A stretch of DNA of 64,000 bases from a virus (lineage: Duplodnaviria > Heunggongvirae > Uroviricota > Caudoviricetes), in the IMG/VR virus record IMGVR_UViG_3300021319_000003, one strand, 5' to 3'. Positions 1 to 10,185 of the stretch are shown in pieces. The first letter of the stretch is position 1. Each line of letters starts with the position of its first letter. The notes beneath the pieces were generated by a model. It had not been told where the DNA came from. It did no database searches and saw only the letters and a list, made by a program, of their open reading frames with translations. Both the position numbers and the translations under genes were made by a program.

Positions 1-36
1 GAGGTACGCATGTTTTGGAAGGGAAGTTGATGCAAG

Positions 37-408
37 ATGAGAAAATATGTAGTAAGAACTTTGGAACGCCCGTACGGCAGTGGTGATTTTAAACTGTACA
101 CACGCCAGATGAGCGAGGAAAAATTTAACGAAATGGTGGATATGAGAGGTTTTCATATCACACCGGAATATTCGGAAACAATTCTGGACGATAAGGGCAA
201 CCCGGTCTTTATGCAGTACGGCATGACATTTAACAGCAGCCTGCGTCATACGGCTTGCCGAGTGATGTCCATTGAACAGGATAATCAGCTGGTCTATCAG
301 TATGGCAACGAAGAAACGAAGTACGCAGATAAGACCTTTGAAGAAATCCTGAGAAGAACTTATGAGCTGAAAAACTGTGCATACGGCAGAGAGGAAGCGG
401 CAGCATGA
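37..408 (+). CDS. hypothetical phage protein
   Basis: Intact 123-aa ORF at the start of a co-directional + strand gene train. Its stop overlaps the next start (ATGA). Confidence 0.5.
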   Translation: MRKYVVRTLERPYGSGDFKLYTRQMSEEKFNEMVDMRGFHITPEYSETILDDKGNPVFMQYGMTFNSSLRHTACRVMSIEQDNQLVYQYGNEETKYADKTFEEILRRTYELKNCAYGREEAAA

Positions 409-758
409 TTGACGTAACCGGCAGAAAAATTGTATCGGGCGATATCGTGGAAATATCCGGCGCATATTTTAAGCGTCATAATGGTTATTGGGTGGTACAA
501 AATTCGCCCGGAGACGAAAATTGGACAGGCAGTGACCACAGTCTTATAAAGGTAAGTAAGCGCGGAAAAATAAGTTATGCAAAAAGCAATTTATGCTTCT
601 GGCCCCTCGTACATTTTGTCAGTAACAGAAAATTGGCAGATGAGGCCAAAGAGCATGACAAAAAATATGCCATTATCCGCGTTATTGGACACGCCGATAT
701 CCAAGGAGCCAATTTTGAAAAAAGTAGTCCTGAGCGGACAGAATATGTGAACTGGTAA
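405..758 (+). CDS. hypothetical phage protein
   Basis: 117-aa ORF, translationally coupled to the upstream ORF. Confidence 0.5.
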   Translation: MIDVTGRKIVSGDIVEISGAYFKRHNGYWVVQNSPGDENWTGSDHSLIKVSKRGKISYAKSNLCFWPLVHFVSNRKLADEAKEHDKKYAIIRVIGHADIQGANFEKSSPERTEYVNW

Positions 759-785
759 CATCCCGGTAAAAGAAAGGAGACGGCA

Positions 786-1667
786 ATGGAAGAGCTGATT
801 AAAAATTGGCTGAAGCTTAAATATCCGCATGGCTACGAATTGTACGCAGACCGTAACGATTGTCTGCAGGATAACACAATTCGTGAAATTCTGGAAGATA
901 AAGACCCGAGAACGGCCTTCAATGAAAAGATGTATTATGCGTACGGCCTCTACGATGGCATTGAGTATAAAGAAATTGCTGAAAATGCCATGGAGGAAAT
1001 TCCTGCATTGGCAGGTGAAGACCTGGACGATGTCGAAGATTGCATTCGGGATAATCTCGATGTTATTTATCCAACCGAGCACTTCCTCCAGCAGAGAGTA
1101 CGCGTGGACATTTATGTGGATACGGGCGACAGCGACTATGATTTTGTCAGCAATGCAATGTATCCCCACTACAACGGCAGAGTGGAATGGATTAACGACC
1201 CGGACGACATACCTGAAGAGACAGAGAAGGCTTCTCTTCTGTGGCTGGCAGAAACTCAGGGATATAGCAAAGAAGACTTTTTGCAGTTCTTGTGTGCAAA
1301 TACGGATAACTCTACTTACAAGAAAAACGGGTTCTTAAATAGCGTATTCCAGGAGCTGGTAAATATGTCGACTCATATGCCGGCACTGGTATTCCTAAAG
1401 ACCTTTACGCTTGGCCAGCTTATCGACATTGTCCAGAATAAAAAGGACATTTACATCCCGACCATGACAATGTGCGGGCTCTATGATAGCTGGAGTGGTG
1501 GTGGCGGCCCGCTCGAAATCGAGCTGGAAAAACCGGTCACACTGCCGTATGACAAGATTTTCCGCATTTATCCGGCAAGGAGTTACAGCTATAACATCGA
1601 CAGATGTTACGGTTTGGTTGACGAAGCCTGGGATTTGACAAACAGAAAACGGAGGTTAGCTGCGTGA
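786..1667 (+). CDS. hypothetical protein (293 aa, acidic)
   Basis: Long ORF preceded by AAAGGAGA ribosome-binding site. No recognisable motif. Confidence 0.55.
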   Translation: MEELIKNWLKLKYPHGYELYADRNDCLQDNTIREILEDKDPRTAFNEKMYYAYGLYDGIEYKEIAENAMEEIPALAGEDLDDVEDCIRDNLDVIYPTEHFLQQRVRVDIYVDTGDSDYDFVSNAMYPHYNGRVEWINDPDDIPEETEKASLLWLAETQGYSKEDFLQFLCANTDNSTYKKNGFLNSVFQELVNMSTHMPALVFLKTFTLGQLIDIVQNKKDIYIPTMTMCGLYDSWSGGGGPLEIELEKPVTLPYDKIFRIYPARSYSYNIDRCYGLVDEAWDLTNRKRRLAA

Positions 1668-1885
1668 TTACAGATAATGTTTTACAGTTCGAAGTAATGC
1701 TCAATGTTTCATTGTTGCTCTTGATAATTTGCCTTTCGACCTACATTGTTGTTCAGGGGACAAAGCTTCGTCGATGCGAAGCAAGGCTGGAAGAAATCCG
1801 GCGGACAGCAAAAATGCAAAGGGAGACGAGGCATTCATCCATTATGAGCTTCGATGACGACTGCAAACACGAAGCCGCAGCTTAG
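1664..1885 (+). CDS. small hypothetical protein with N-terminal hydrophobic segment
   Basis: 73-aa ORF overlapping the upstream stop. Confidence 0.45.
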   Translation: MITDNVLQFEVMLNVSLLLLIICLSTYIVVQGTKLRRCEARLEEIRRTAKMQRETRHSSIMSFDDDCKHEAAA

Positions 1886-1903
1886 TGTGAATAAAGTAGG
1901 AGG

Positions 1904-2107
1904 ATGAGAAGTATGGTTGGAGCTTTTGGAGTGTTAATCGCATTTTTCGTTATTGTAAACGTTCTTGCCCTATTTGGCAATGAGGATGCAAAGCAGTGGG
2001 TAAAAGACGATGCAGCAAAAGGCGGCGACGATGTATGGGGATGCTACATTATAGTTTTCGTGTTTGTCGCCAGCTTTATCGGCTTTTTCTACATGATGAC
2101 ACATTAA
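1904..2107 (+). CDS. small membrane protein
   Basis: 67 aa with two hydrophobic helices. AGGAGGA ribosome-binding site upstream. Confidence 0.5.
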   Translation: MRSMVGAFGVLIAFFVIVNVLALFGNEDAKQWVKDDAAKGGDDVWGCYIIVFVFVASFIGFFYMMTH

Positions 2108-2135
2108 TAAAAAACAAGATAGGAGATAGAAAAAT

Positions 2136-4364
2136 ATGAAAAAGTATGCGCCATTGCTGAAAAAAGAACACCATACTTTTCACAAACAGCCAGCCTTTGT
2201 TTACAACCAGGGCGGCCGCAATAAAGGCAGAGACGGAGAATTTTATTACATTTATTGTGAAAAATGCCATACATGGCACAAATTTTATTATATAAAAGAA
2301 ATAGAAGACATTCGCAGGTTTAAAGGCAGGAAATACTGCAATGACCGCATACAGTGTTGTAGGATTGCATGGGATATCCTTGAACATAGAGAGGATTTCC
2401 CAACAATGCAAGATATCCTCAATAAGTATGGTAAAGTTCTCAAAAAGCTTTTAAATATAAAGGAGCCGGACCTTAAGCCTGGAGAAAGAACAGATACTTG
2501 TTTCCCTCCTTTGACTCTCGAAGAGGTTTTTGATGGTTACCCAAAACAAAATCATTGGATAACCACCTTACTGAATGATTATGTTGCATGCATATCGGTA
2601 TCATCAATGACTGATGCATTCGATCCTTATGCCTATGATTCATTTAGTGAACCGATGGAGTCTGAGGTGCCCAAGAATCATTTTTACAGCCAGGTAGTCC
2701 CGGCATTGCAAAAGATAATTCGCTATTATGCTGACAAAAATGCGGTGAACACCCCAAAGGTCTCAAATCGCTTCTGGTGGAACGGGAACTATTTTAAGTG
2801 TCCTTCCTGTGGAGCACAAGGGCTTGCAAAGCATATGACAGGAAGCAGACCTAATATTTACCCTGTTAACGCAACTGTGTTCAGTATGGAAGATGGCTCG
2901 AAAACGGTTTCTTTTATCATGAGAGAAGAAATACCACTTAAAGTAAAAGTGACAAATAGTAAGGAATTTCAGGAAAAGCCATTGTATCGATATAGAGAAT
3001 TGCAGGGAAGAATCGTATTTAGCGCAGATGGTCACACCTATATCAAGGCTCCCGTAGAGCTTGGTACGAAAAAGGTAGTTGAAAATAATGATGCGCTTTG
3101 GTCATACAAAAGTAATATTGCAGATGTAACATATTCCAGTACTTCTAAGGGGCCATTTTACGAAGTTGCGATTAAAGCAATGGAGGAGGAAGGGGTCCTT
3201 CCGGCAAACTACGCGGCAATAAATCGATTCCGCAATACCAGTAAACAATTTACCGATTGCTTACAACAGCACCTTAGCGAAACTCGTTGTGGACGAAAAA
3301 TGTGTGAAAAGTTTGCACTGAATTTTTTGCGGCAGATTGATAAAAATGATGACGACCTCCAGATATTAAACAATATCTCGAAAAAGTATAAACTTCCCAA
3401 AAGCAAGAAGTTTAAAAAGGCGTTGATGGATGATGTATACATCACAACCAAAGCATTTAAAGCCTGGAAAGGTCTTGGTTTTAAGGACATAAATGCTTTC
3501 TATAAAATTTTGGAAAACGTAAATTTAAGGAATAGCATTTTCCATTATTATTTTTATAGCAGATATGAAATGGATGCCTTCAAAGGTTTTGTTCAGAAAT
3601 ATCTACGGGTTGGTTCCGAAATGTCTTTTGTGAAAGCACTGGGAAATACATTGGTTAATGATGCCATTCGTATACACCACGGTCTTCAGGATTCTGATAT
3701 TACGGAAGAAGACATTAGCCGGTGTTTTAAACCATCTATCAAAAAAACACATGATGCGCTTGTGGCTCTTGCAGATGTACGAAGGGAAATGGAAATTAAA
3801 ATCCAGGCACAGCAAAACATCGATGAGCAGGTACAGCTCTACAAGCAGGCAAAACAAGATGGTAAAAAGACCATGGCCGGTATTGCCATGAGAGAAATTG
3901 TTCAAAACAAACTTGAAAAAGACGGGAAGATTCTTTATACTGAAGAAGAAGTGCGTAAGTATGAAAAGGAGATTAACGGCTTCAAGTTTATTCTACCCAG
4001 AAAAACTGCGGATTTGGTTGCAGCAGGTAAAAAGTTGCACAATTGTGTTGGTCATTGCTATCTTAAACCTGCTTTGTGTAAAACTTCTACAATTGTATTG
4101 ATGGAGAAGGACGAAAACCTTTGTGGTTGTATCGAGATTCACAACAATACAATTCGACAGGCATACGGTCCGTGCAACAACAAGTTAAAGGATGACGTCA
4201 AGGCAGCTTTTGAAACCTGGAGAGTTTCCTGTGGAATAATGGAAAATCTTGTTGGTGCAGTTTTGCCAGCCGACGACGCCACTATCCCCAAAGACCTTGT
4301 AAGAAAGATTTGGGCGGAAATCGTAGAAGAGTATAACCTGCAAGAATACAAAGAGGCGGCATAG
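2136..4364 (+). CDS. large Cys-rich hypothetical protein (742 aa), possibly PcfJ-like
   Basis: Longest ORF in the window. Several CxxC/CxxH clusters and a conserved-looking C-terminal HNCVGHCYLKPALC...GPCNNKL segment. AGGAGA ribosome-binding site. Confidence 0.6.
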   Translation: MKKYAPLLKKEHHTFHKQPAFVYNQGGRNKGRDGEFYYIYCEKCHTWHKFYYIKEIEDIRRFKGRKYCNDRIQCCRIAWDILEHREDFPTMQDILNKYGKVLKKLLNIKEPDLKPGERTDTCFPPLTLEEVFDGYPKQNHWITTLLNDYVACISVSSMTDAFDPYAYDSFSEPMESEVPKNHFYSQVVPALQKIIRYYADKNAVNTPKVSNRFWWNGNYFKCPSCGAQGLAKHMTGSRPNIYPVNATVFSMEDGSKTVSFIMREEIPLKVKVTNSKEFQEKPLYRYRELQGRIVFSADGHTYIKAPVELGTKKVVENNDALWSYKSNIADVTYSSTSKGPFYEVAIKAMEEEGVLPANYAAINRFRNTSKQFTDCLQQHLSETRCGRKMCEKFALNFLRQIDKNDDDLQILNNISKKYKLPKSKKFKKALMDDVYITTKAFKAWKGLGFKDINAFYKILENVNLRNSIFHYYFYSRYEMDAFKGFVQKYLRVGSEMSFVKALGNTLVNDAIRIHHGLQDSDITEEDISRCFKPSIKKTHDALVALADVRREMEIKIQAQQNIDEQVQLYKQAKQDGKKTMAGIAMREIVQNKLEKDGKILYTEEEVRKYEKEINGFKFILPRKTADLVAAGKKLHNCVGHCYLKPALCKTSTIVLMEKDENLCGCIEIHNNTIRQAYGPCNNKLKDDVKAAFETWRVSCGIMENLVGAVLPADDATIPKDLVRKIWAEIVEEYNLQEYKEAA

Positions 4365-4377
4365 GAGAGGATAAAAA

Positions 4378-4953
4378 ATGCAAAAAGAAATTATTTTCCC
4401 GTGTGGGGATAACCTTACGGCAAAAATGGATTATGGCCATGCCTATGGCCGACATGTAAAGCATATCCCCATTGACGGCAAGGGTAAGCCGCAAATTATC
4501 GGACCGTGCGGCGTATGCACAAAGTGTGACAAGATTACTCACATCGGAAGATACATAGATTCGGAAACCGGTGAAGAAAAAAAGTACGAAGACACCTTTT
4601 GTATCGGGTATTCACAGGAATACCTTGACAACAAAGATAAGCCGACGGCCGATTATGTCGACATGGATGGCAGCCCCAGTGACAAATATACCATTGAAGT
4701 AATTCTTCAGTCTGAGGATTATCGCAGAGTTGAATACTTCAAGGGCAATAACGAAAACTGCAGCACGCTGTCGCTGGTAGATGTGGGCATGGATAATTTG
4801 CTGGAAAAGAGTTACAGCGAAGAAGATGAACTTTACCACCTCATTATGTTCAATATGAGAACTGGCCGGGTGCAGGATATTGACTTTGAGAACGAAGATG
4901 AGCTGAAAGACTGTATCGTGTCAGTTCGTTTACTGCAGGAGGAAGAAAAATGA
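4378..4953 (+). CDS. hypothetical protein with Cys cluster
   Basis: 191-aa ORF with GAGGATAAAAAATG ribosome-binding site. Contains CGVCTKC motif. Confidence 0.55.
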   Translation: MQKEIIFPCGDNLTAKMDYGHAYGRHVKHIPIDGKGKPQIIGPCGVCTKCDKITHIGRYIDSETGEEKKYEDTFCIGYSQEYLDNKDKPTADYVDMDGSPSDKYTIEVILQSEDYRRVEYFKGNNENCSTLSLVDVGMDNLLEKSYSEEDELYHLIMFNMRTGRVQDIDFENEDELKDCIVSVRLLQEEEK

Positions 4954-5636
4954 GTGATGAGCTTAGAGTCGGCGACCTGGTCCAGTTTACGCTGGAAGAA
5001 GCCGTGAAAATGGAAATGTATGATACTCTCGATGACTTCGACCCGTTTAACGAAGTGTTTAAGATTACACTTGTTATGAATAGCCACAACGTAAGCATGA
5101 GCGGAGTCTCTCGAAAAACCTGCGTAGTTAACGTAGACCCCAAAACGCTTATCAAAGTGAATGGCACACCGCGCGTTATTGAACGTGCTGTGGAAGAGAG
5201 ACAGTCGAAAGATGAGTATTATCTCGACATTGCCAAGCAGGTTGCCAGCCGCTCGACATGCCTTCGCCGCAAATACGGCGCGCTTATCGTTCGCAATGAT
5301 GTAATTGTCAGTGCAGGATACAACGGTTCTCCTCGTGATGGCCACAACTGCAGCGATAAGGGGATTTGTGTTCGCCAGGTAATGAACATGGCACATAACT
5401 CTGGCAACTATGACCTGTGCAGAAGCGTACATGCAGAGCAGAACGCAATCATCAACGCCGCCCGCCAGGGAACATCACTGCTCGGCGGAACGCTTTATCT
5501 GTATGGATATGACTGCGTGCAGAAAAAGGCTATTGATGCGGAGCCGTGTCCTATTTGCTCTCGCATGATAGAAAATGCAGGGCTTGCTAGAACGGTACGG
5601 TATCGAGTTTTAGAAGATGAGGAGAACACGGTGTGA
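4950..5636 (+). CDS. deoxycytidylate (dCMP) deaminase
   Basis: Zinc-binding deaminase motifs HAEQNAI and PCxxC (EPCPICSRMI). Typical dCMP deaminase length and layout. Confidence 0.85.
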   Translation: MSDELRVGDLVQFTLEEAVKMEMYDTLDDFDPFNEVFKITLVMNSHNVSMSGVSRKTCVVNVDPKTLIKVNGTPRVIERAVEERQSKDEYYLDIAKQVASRSTCLRRKYGALIVRNDVIVSAGYNGSPRDGHNCSDKGICVRQVMNMAHNSGNYDLCRSVHAEQNAIINAARQGTSLLGGTLYLYGYDCVQKKAIDAEPCPICSRMIENAGLARTVRYRVLEDEENTV

Positions 5637-6073
5637 AAAACTGGAAAGATGTTAAAGACGTTGTCACGCCGGGCGGCGACCCGGCGTGGATATGTCCGGT
5701 GTGTGGCGATGAAAGCCGGGAGTCCTACCACGTCTATGGTATTGAGTGCCCGGAGAACAAACTTAATCGCTGCCCACACTGCGGTGAGATGCTGAAATAC
5801 CCCTGGGAGAAAGATAAAACGAATATTGACTATTTTCCCCTGTTGGTAGTAACCAAGGGAAATACGAATGGTTCTCTGGTTGAAGGTGACATTGTTCATT
5901 ACGATGCAAAGGGCAACCTTGTTTTGCATCTGCCGTCCGCATATGGTGGTGGCTGGATGAGCAAAGAAGAACTGACGCCGGAGATAGTCGACTTTGAATA
6001 CGTTGAACATGAAAAATATGCCGTTAAAAGCATCAATGGCAGGGAGTTCATTGTGGGGAAGGACATGATGTAA
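5633..6073 (+). CDS. zinc-ribbon protein
   Basis: CPVCG...CPHCG double CxxC motif. GTG start overlapping the upstream stop. Confidence 0.5.
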   Translation: MKNWKDVKDVVTPGGDPAWICPVCGDESRESYHVYGIECPENKLNRCPHCGEMLKYPWEKDKTNIDYFPLLVVTKGNTNGSLVEGDIVHYDAKGNLVLHLPSAYGGGWMSKEELTPEIVDFEYVEHEKYAVKSINGREFIVGKDMM

Positions 6074-6546
6074 TGGGATATATTTTTAGGCTTCACAATG
6101 CCGACAGAGAAGGCGAAATTGCCATTGAAGCACGAGCTGAAGAGTACCCATCTAACGAATCTATCGAAGATACTCTGCGGCATTTTCAGATTGACGATTA
6201 TAACTCGGATGACTTCACGCAAAACTTATTTGATGTTCGCAGCAGCATTGAAGACTGTGATTATGTTGTTTCTATTTACAAAGAGAATGAGTCAGACCCG
6301 TATGAAGACTTGGCCAAAAAGTGTCAGAAAGCTCGTGAGAGGCTGCAGAAATTCGTCGTAAGACCAGAAGAACATACGCCGCAGAAAAAGACGGAGAAGC
6401 AGAAGGTCTTGGAAGAAGCGGCCACCGAACTGACATCTGAAGGCTGTCTTTCTATCTATCCGAACGATATCGAAGACCTGTATGAAGACGGAATGAACGC
6501 AGAAGATATCGTCAAGCGCTTCAACAAAAGAAGTACATGGCTGTAG
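6073..6546 (+). CDS. hypothetical acidic protein
   Basis: 157-aa ORF, start coupled to the upstream stop. Confidence 0.5.
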   Translation: MGYIFRLHNADREGEIAIEARAEEYPSNESIEDTLRHFQIDDYNSDDFTQNLFDVRSSIEDCDYVVSIYKENESDPYEDLAKKCQKARERLQKFVVRPEEHTPQKKTEKQKVLEEAATELTSEGCLSIYPNDIEDLYEDGMNAEDIVKRFNKRSTWL

Positions 6547-6562
6547 GAAAGGAGGCCAATAT

Positions 6563-6847
6563 ATGTCAGTATATGCTATAAGCGGCTTCAACAACCAGTG
6601 TTACAATGGCATTTTTACGTTGGTCTTTGATAACGAAGAGAAAATGCTTGAAAAAGTAGAAGACCTGATTGCCGGCGATATGGGATTGTCACGAGCAGCC
6701 TTTATCCGGTTACGGCGAGAAAATAAAGCCAAATTTGACAGCTGGTTTAGTGATGGAAGCCGTTCTTACGAGGAGTGCCTTGAAGAGGGTGCTTACTACT
6801 GCAGTAACGGCTATGAACTTTCCTGGGGAGAGTGTGAGGTAAGATAA
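6563..6847 (+). CDS. hypothetical protein
   Basis: 94-aa ORF with AAAGGAGG ribosome-binding site. Confidence 0.5.
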   Translation: MSVYAISGFNNQCYNGIFTLVFDNEEKMLEKVEDLIAGDMGLSRAAFIRLRRENKAKFDSWFSDGSRSYEECLEEGAYYCSNGYELSWGECEVR

Positions 6848-6848
6848 G

Positions 6849-7169
6849 ATGGCAGTATTGTATCGTCCGCATCGCGGAGGACTTACAGAAGCAATGAAAG
6901 AAGTCCGTGCATTCGACACGGCGGAAGAAATCATAAAGTTTGAAGAAGAGCGCTGGAGCAAGATGTCTCCCGGTTGCAGAGCAGAAATCGGAGAAGCAGG
7001 CAGTACGATGGATAAACGCATTGGCTGGCTTACGAGACATGTCCTTATCAGAAATGATGCCAAGAACGAGAAATTTGTCGGCGGCATGTGCGATATCGAC
7101 ACGTACAAAGACTGCTCAAAAGAGGAAGCACTTGCTCAAACCAGAGCCATTTTTGAAAATTGGTTGTAG
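6849..7169 (+). CDS. hypothetical protein
   Basis: 106-aa ORF immediately following the upstream stop. Confidence 0.5.
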   Translation: MAVLYRPHRGGLTEAMKEVRAFDTAEEIIKFEEERWSKMSPGCRAEIGEAGSTMDKRIGWLTRHVLIRNDAKNEKFVGGMCDIDTYKDCSKEEALAQTRAIFENWL

Positions 7170-7475
7170 GTGACTTTAAGGAGTATAACGATGAAAGTAA
7201 CAATTAATGGCCATGAAATGAATTTTTCTGGCTCAGGAAGTATATCCGTTGTCAATGGCAACACTGTGGTAATCAACGGCCAGACCATTAGCGGCGAATT
7301 CATGGAAAGCAAGGTCATTGATATTTATGTCGAAGGTAATGTACAACACATTGAATCGACCGGTTCCGTAGCTGTCAATGGTAACGTAGACCGCGTGGAT
7401 GCCGGCGGCACTGTTAAGGTCAGCGGTGACGCTACAAGTGTTAATGCCGGTGGCAGTGTACTTGTTGAAGGCTAG
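7170..7475 (+). CDS. bactofilin-like beta-helix repeat protein (stop-interrupted?)
   Basis: Repetitive G-N/S-V-x-V-x-G pattern (VNGNTVVINGQTISG...VAVNGNVDRVDAGGTVKVSGDATSVNAGGSVLVEG) typical of bactofilin/DUF583. The same repeat continues in frame after the TAG stop (VRGNINAGGNVRCG). Confidence 0.55.
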   Translation: MTLRSITMKVTINGHEMNFSGSGSISVVNGNTVVINGQTISGEFMESKVIDIYVEGNVQHIESTGSVAVNGNVDRVDAGGTVKVSGDATSVNAGGSVLVEG

Positions 7476-7532
7476 GTGCGTGGCAATATCAATGCTGGCG
7501 GTAACGTACGTTGCGGCTAACGAGGTGTAAAA

Positions 7533-7886
7533 ATGCAAACACGTTTTTCTACTATTCCCAGCATCCCTGAAGATACTATTAAGAGCATTAAGCCGATTAG
7601 GGGCCGCTTCGGCTTGGCCTATTGTGAAGACGGCTCGGTATGGGTAATTCCTTTGAGTTGCAAAGACAATCCCATACACGACACAAATGGAGATGTCCAT
7701 ACGCTTGCAGAATTGGAGAGTGGACAAACAATAAAAGACCGACAGTATTACGAAAAAATCATTAAAGATGCTTATGAAAGCGAAAAAGGCTTAGAAACCG
7801 TAGAAGAAGGTGTGCACTTCACGGATGCACTTCGAGCCTTGTTTGGTATAAAATCGTACAATAAAAAGGGGAGTGGCAGGATATGA
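7533..7886 (+). CDS. hypothetical protein
   Basis: 117-aa ORF with GAGGTGTAAAAATG ribosome-binding site. Confidence 0.5.
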   Translation: MQTRFSTIPSIPEDTIKSIKPIRGRFGLAYCEDGSVWVIPLSCKDNPIHDTNGDVHTLAELESGQTIKDRQYYEKIIKDAYESEKGLETVEEGVHFTDALRALFGIKSYNKKGSGRI

Positions 7887-9796
7887 CCAAAGAAGAGCTT
7901 TTGTCGGCCATCAAACAGGCTGACCATGAATATTATGACCTGGACAATCCGTCCATGTCTGATGCAGAGTACGACCAGTTGCGCCGTAGTTACATTGACC
8001 AGTACGGTGCCGAGGATTTGAACTATGTCCCCGGCAATGCCGTAGATGGTTTTGAAAAATTTCGGCACCCGACGCCGGTCACATCTTTGGGTAAGTGGAC
8101 TAAGGGCGTAGACGATGAGAGCGACCTTAAGGCACAGATTAAGAAGCTGTGGCCGGTAGAGGTTCAGCCGAAATACGATGGACTCACCATAGTAGCATAT
8201 CCGAACAAAAACGGTTCCTGTAAATTCGTGACTCGTGGCCTTGGTGGAGAAGTAGGGGAAATTCTGCCCAACTTCATCCCCGACTATGAAGGCACACATG
8301 TCAACGATAGCGGTTATCCGATTCGTGGCGAAGTATTTATCACGCCAGGGAATTTCGAAATGCTTAACCGGATGCTAGAAGCGGACGGCAAAGAACCGAT
8401 GAAAAATATGAGAAATGCGGCGGCCGGATTATTACGTCGCAAAGAGCGCAGTCCTTACCTGGATTTGCTGACATATATTGTGTATGACATACCTGGTGCA
8501 GATATGACACCGGAGAAAATGCGTACCGAAATTATGCTAAGCACAAGGTTCAGATTCACAGATGGATTTAGCTACGAAACACCTGAAGATACTGTCTCTG
8601 GTATCGAACAGGTGTATGAAGATATAGTTAGCATTGGTGCGTTCCCGATTGACGGTATTGTTATCAAGAGCTGTCAGGAAAATAGCTTGGCAAAGTTCGG
8701 CAATACCGGGCATCATCCCAAGAATGCCGTGGCATGGAAACCGGGCAGAACTGTATTCACAACGGTAGTTCGCGATGTTATCTGGCAGATGGGACGCTCC
8801 AAAGCAACGCCTGTAGCCATCGTAGACCCCGTGGAAATCGACGGCGCTACGGTCACAAAAGCATCCTTGCATAACGCAGAGCAAATTCGCAAGCTGGGAC
8901 TCAAAATCGGAGCTAAAGTCACAATTTTCAAGGCAAATGAGATAATTCCTCAGCTGGGTGAGGTGCTTGAACCGGGCGACAAAGACATCGTTCTTGACGT
9001 TTGCCCCGCATGCGGTGGCCCGCTGAAAACCGTTAATGGCCAGCAGTTCTGCACGAACCCCGACTGTACCGAACGCATCGCACAGAATATCGCATTCCTG
9101 GGGCAGAAAGATGTCTTAGACATCCCCGGCCTGTCTATTCAGACCGCCCGCAAGATTGTCGAAAAGTGGCCGGATACTTCCAAGGAGTATAAGCAGAATA
9201 TCATTTTCGCTATGGACGTTTCCGCTATCAAGGATTTACCGGGCTTTGCAGAAAAATCCGCGCAGAAACTTTGCGACGCCATTCAGAAAGCTCGTAAAGA
9301 TGTTGAATTGCCACGTTTCATTAAAGCTCTTTGCATTCCAGGAATCGGAAACAATATCGGTAAGATTTTGGCTGATAAATATGGCAGCCTTGATGAACTG
9401 TGCACAGCTTGCACAGGCTCCGGTGTCGTTGAAAGACTGCAGCGTATTGATGGCATTGGCCCTGTGGCCGCACAGACCATTGCTTTAGATGAATTCTGGT
9501 CAGCTGTCAGTGACTTGAAAGATTATGTTACTATTGCGTCTTATGAGAAGAAAGACGTTGTGGTGGGCGAATTTGTCGGTAAAGTATTTGTGCTGACCGG
9601 CAAGATGGCTCATCCGCGCAGCTACTATGTCGAGAAAATCGAAGCGGCGGGCGGCAAAGAAGGCAGTGCTGTTAATAGCAAGACAGATTACCTGGTTATC
9701 GCTGATGTTAATAGCCAGAGTTCTAAGGCCAAAAAAGCCAGAGAACTGGGTACAACTCTTATCAGCCCGGAAGAATTGGAGGAAATGCTAAAGTGA
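7883..9796 (+). CDS. ligA: NAD-dependent DNA ligase
   Basis: Adenylation motif KYDGLT, N-terminal Ia domain, Cys4 zinc finger (CPACGGPL...CTNPDC), HhH region and C-terminal BRCT-like segment. 637 aa. Confidence 0.9.
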   Translation: MTKEELLSAIKQADHEYYDLDNPSMSDAEYDQLRRSYIDQYGAEDLNYVPGNAVDGFEKFRHPTPVTSLGKWTKGVDDESDLKAQIKKLWPVEVQPKYDGLTIVAYPNKNGSCKFVTRGLGGEVGEILPNFIPDYEGTHVNDSGYPIRGEVFITPGNFEMLNRMLEADGKEPMKNMRNAAAGLLRRKERSPYLDLLTYIVYDIPGADMTPEKMRTEIMLSTRFRFTDGFSYETPEDTVSGIEQVYEDIVSIGAFPIDGIVIKSCQENSLAKFGNTGHHPKNAVAWKPGRTVFTTVVRDVIWQMGRSKATPVAIVDPVEIDGATVTKASLHNAEQIRKLGLKIGAKVTIFKANEIIPQLGEVLEPGDKDIVLDVCPACGGPLKTVNGQQFCTNPDCTERIAQNIAFLGQKDVLDIPGLSIQTARKIVEKWPDTSKEYKQNIIFAMDVSAIKDLPGFAEKSAQKLCDAIQKARKDVELPRFIKALCIPGIGNNIGKILADKYGSLDELCTACTGSGVVERLQRIDGIGPVAAQTIALDEFWSAVSDLKDYVTIASYEKKDVVVGEFVGKVFVLTGKMAHPRSYYVEKIEAAGGKEGSAVNSKTDYLVIADVNSQSSKAKKARELGTTLISPEELEEMLK

Positions 9797-10185
9797 GCGA
9801 TAAAATAGAAGCGGGACAGGAATTGTACGTTATTCCTACAGGCAGTCTCGCGCGTTATTATGGTTCGGATGTTCGTAAGGGGGTCGTAACAAAGGTTGGC
9901 CGAAAATACCTGTACGTCAAAATTGAGGGCGTATACTTCGGAGGCGAAGAAGGTAGCCGATTTGATAAGAACACCTTACGAGGTGAATCCGAATACAACT
10001 CAAATTGGTTAGCATTTTGTTCGATGCAGGAAATCGAGGACCGAGAAGAAGCAGGCCGACTTCACGAAGAGCTTCAAAAATTCTTTGGTTGGGGCGGAGG
10101 AAGTCATAAGCTCACACTTAAGCAGTTAAAGGCTATCGAGAAGATTATAAAATCCTCCGAAGAACCGGAGGGTAAGCCGAAATGA
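9793..10185 (+). CDS. hypothetical protein
   Basis: 130-aa ORF. GTG start overlaps the ligA stop (GTGA). Confidence 0.5.
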   Translation: MSDKIEAGQELYVIPTGSLARYYGSDVRKGVVTKVGRKYLYVKIEGVYFGGEEGSRFDKNTLRGESEYNSNWLAFCSMQEIEDREEAGRLHEELQKFFGWGGGSHKLTLKQLKAIEKIIKSSEEPEGKPK

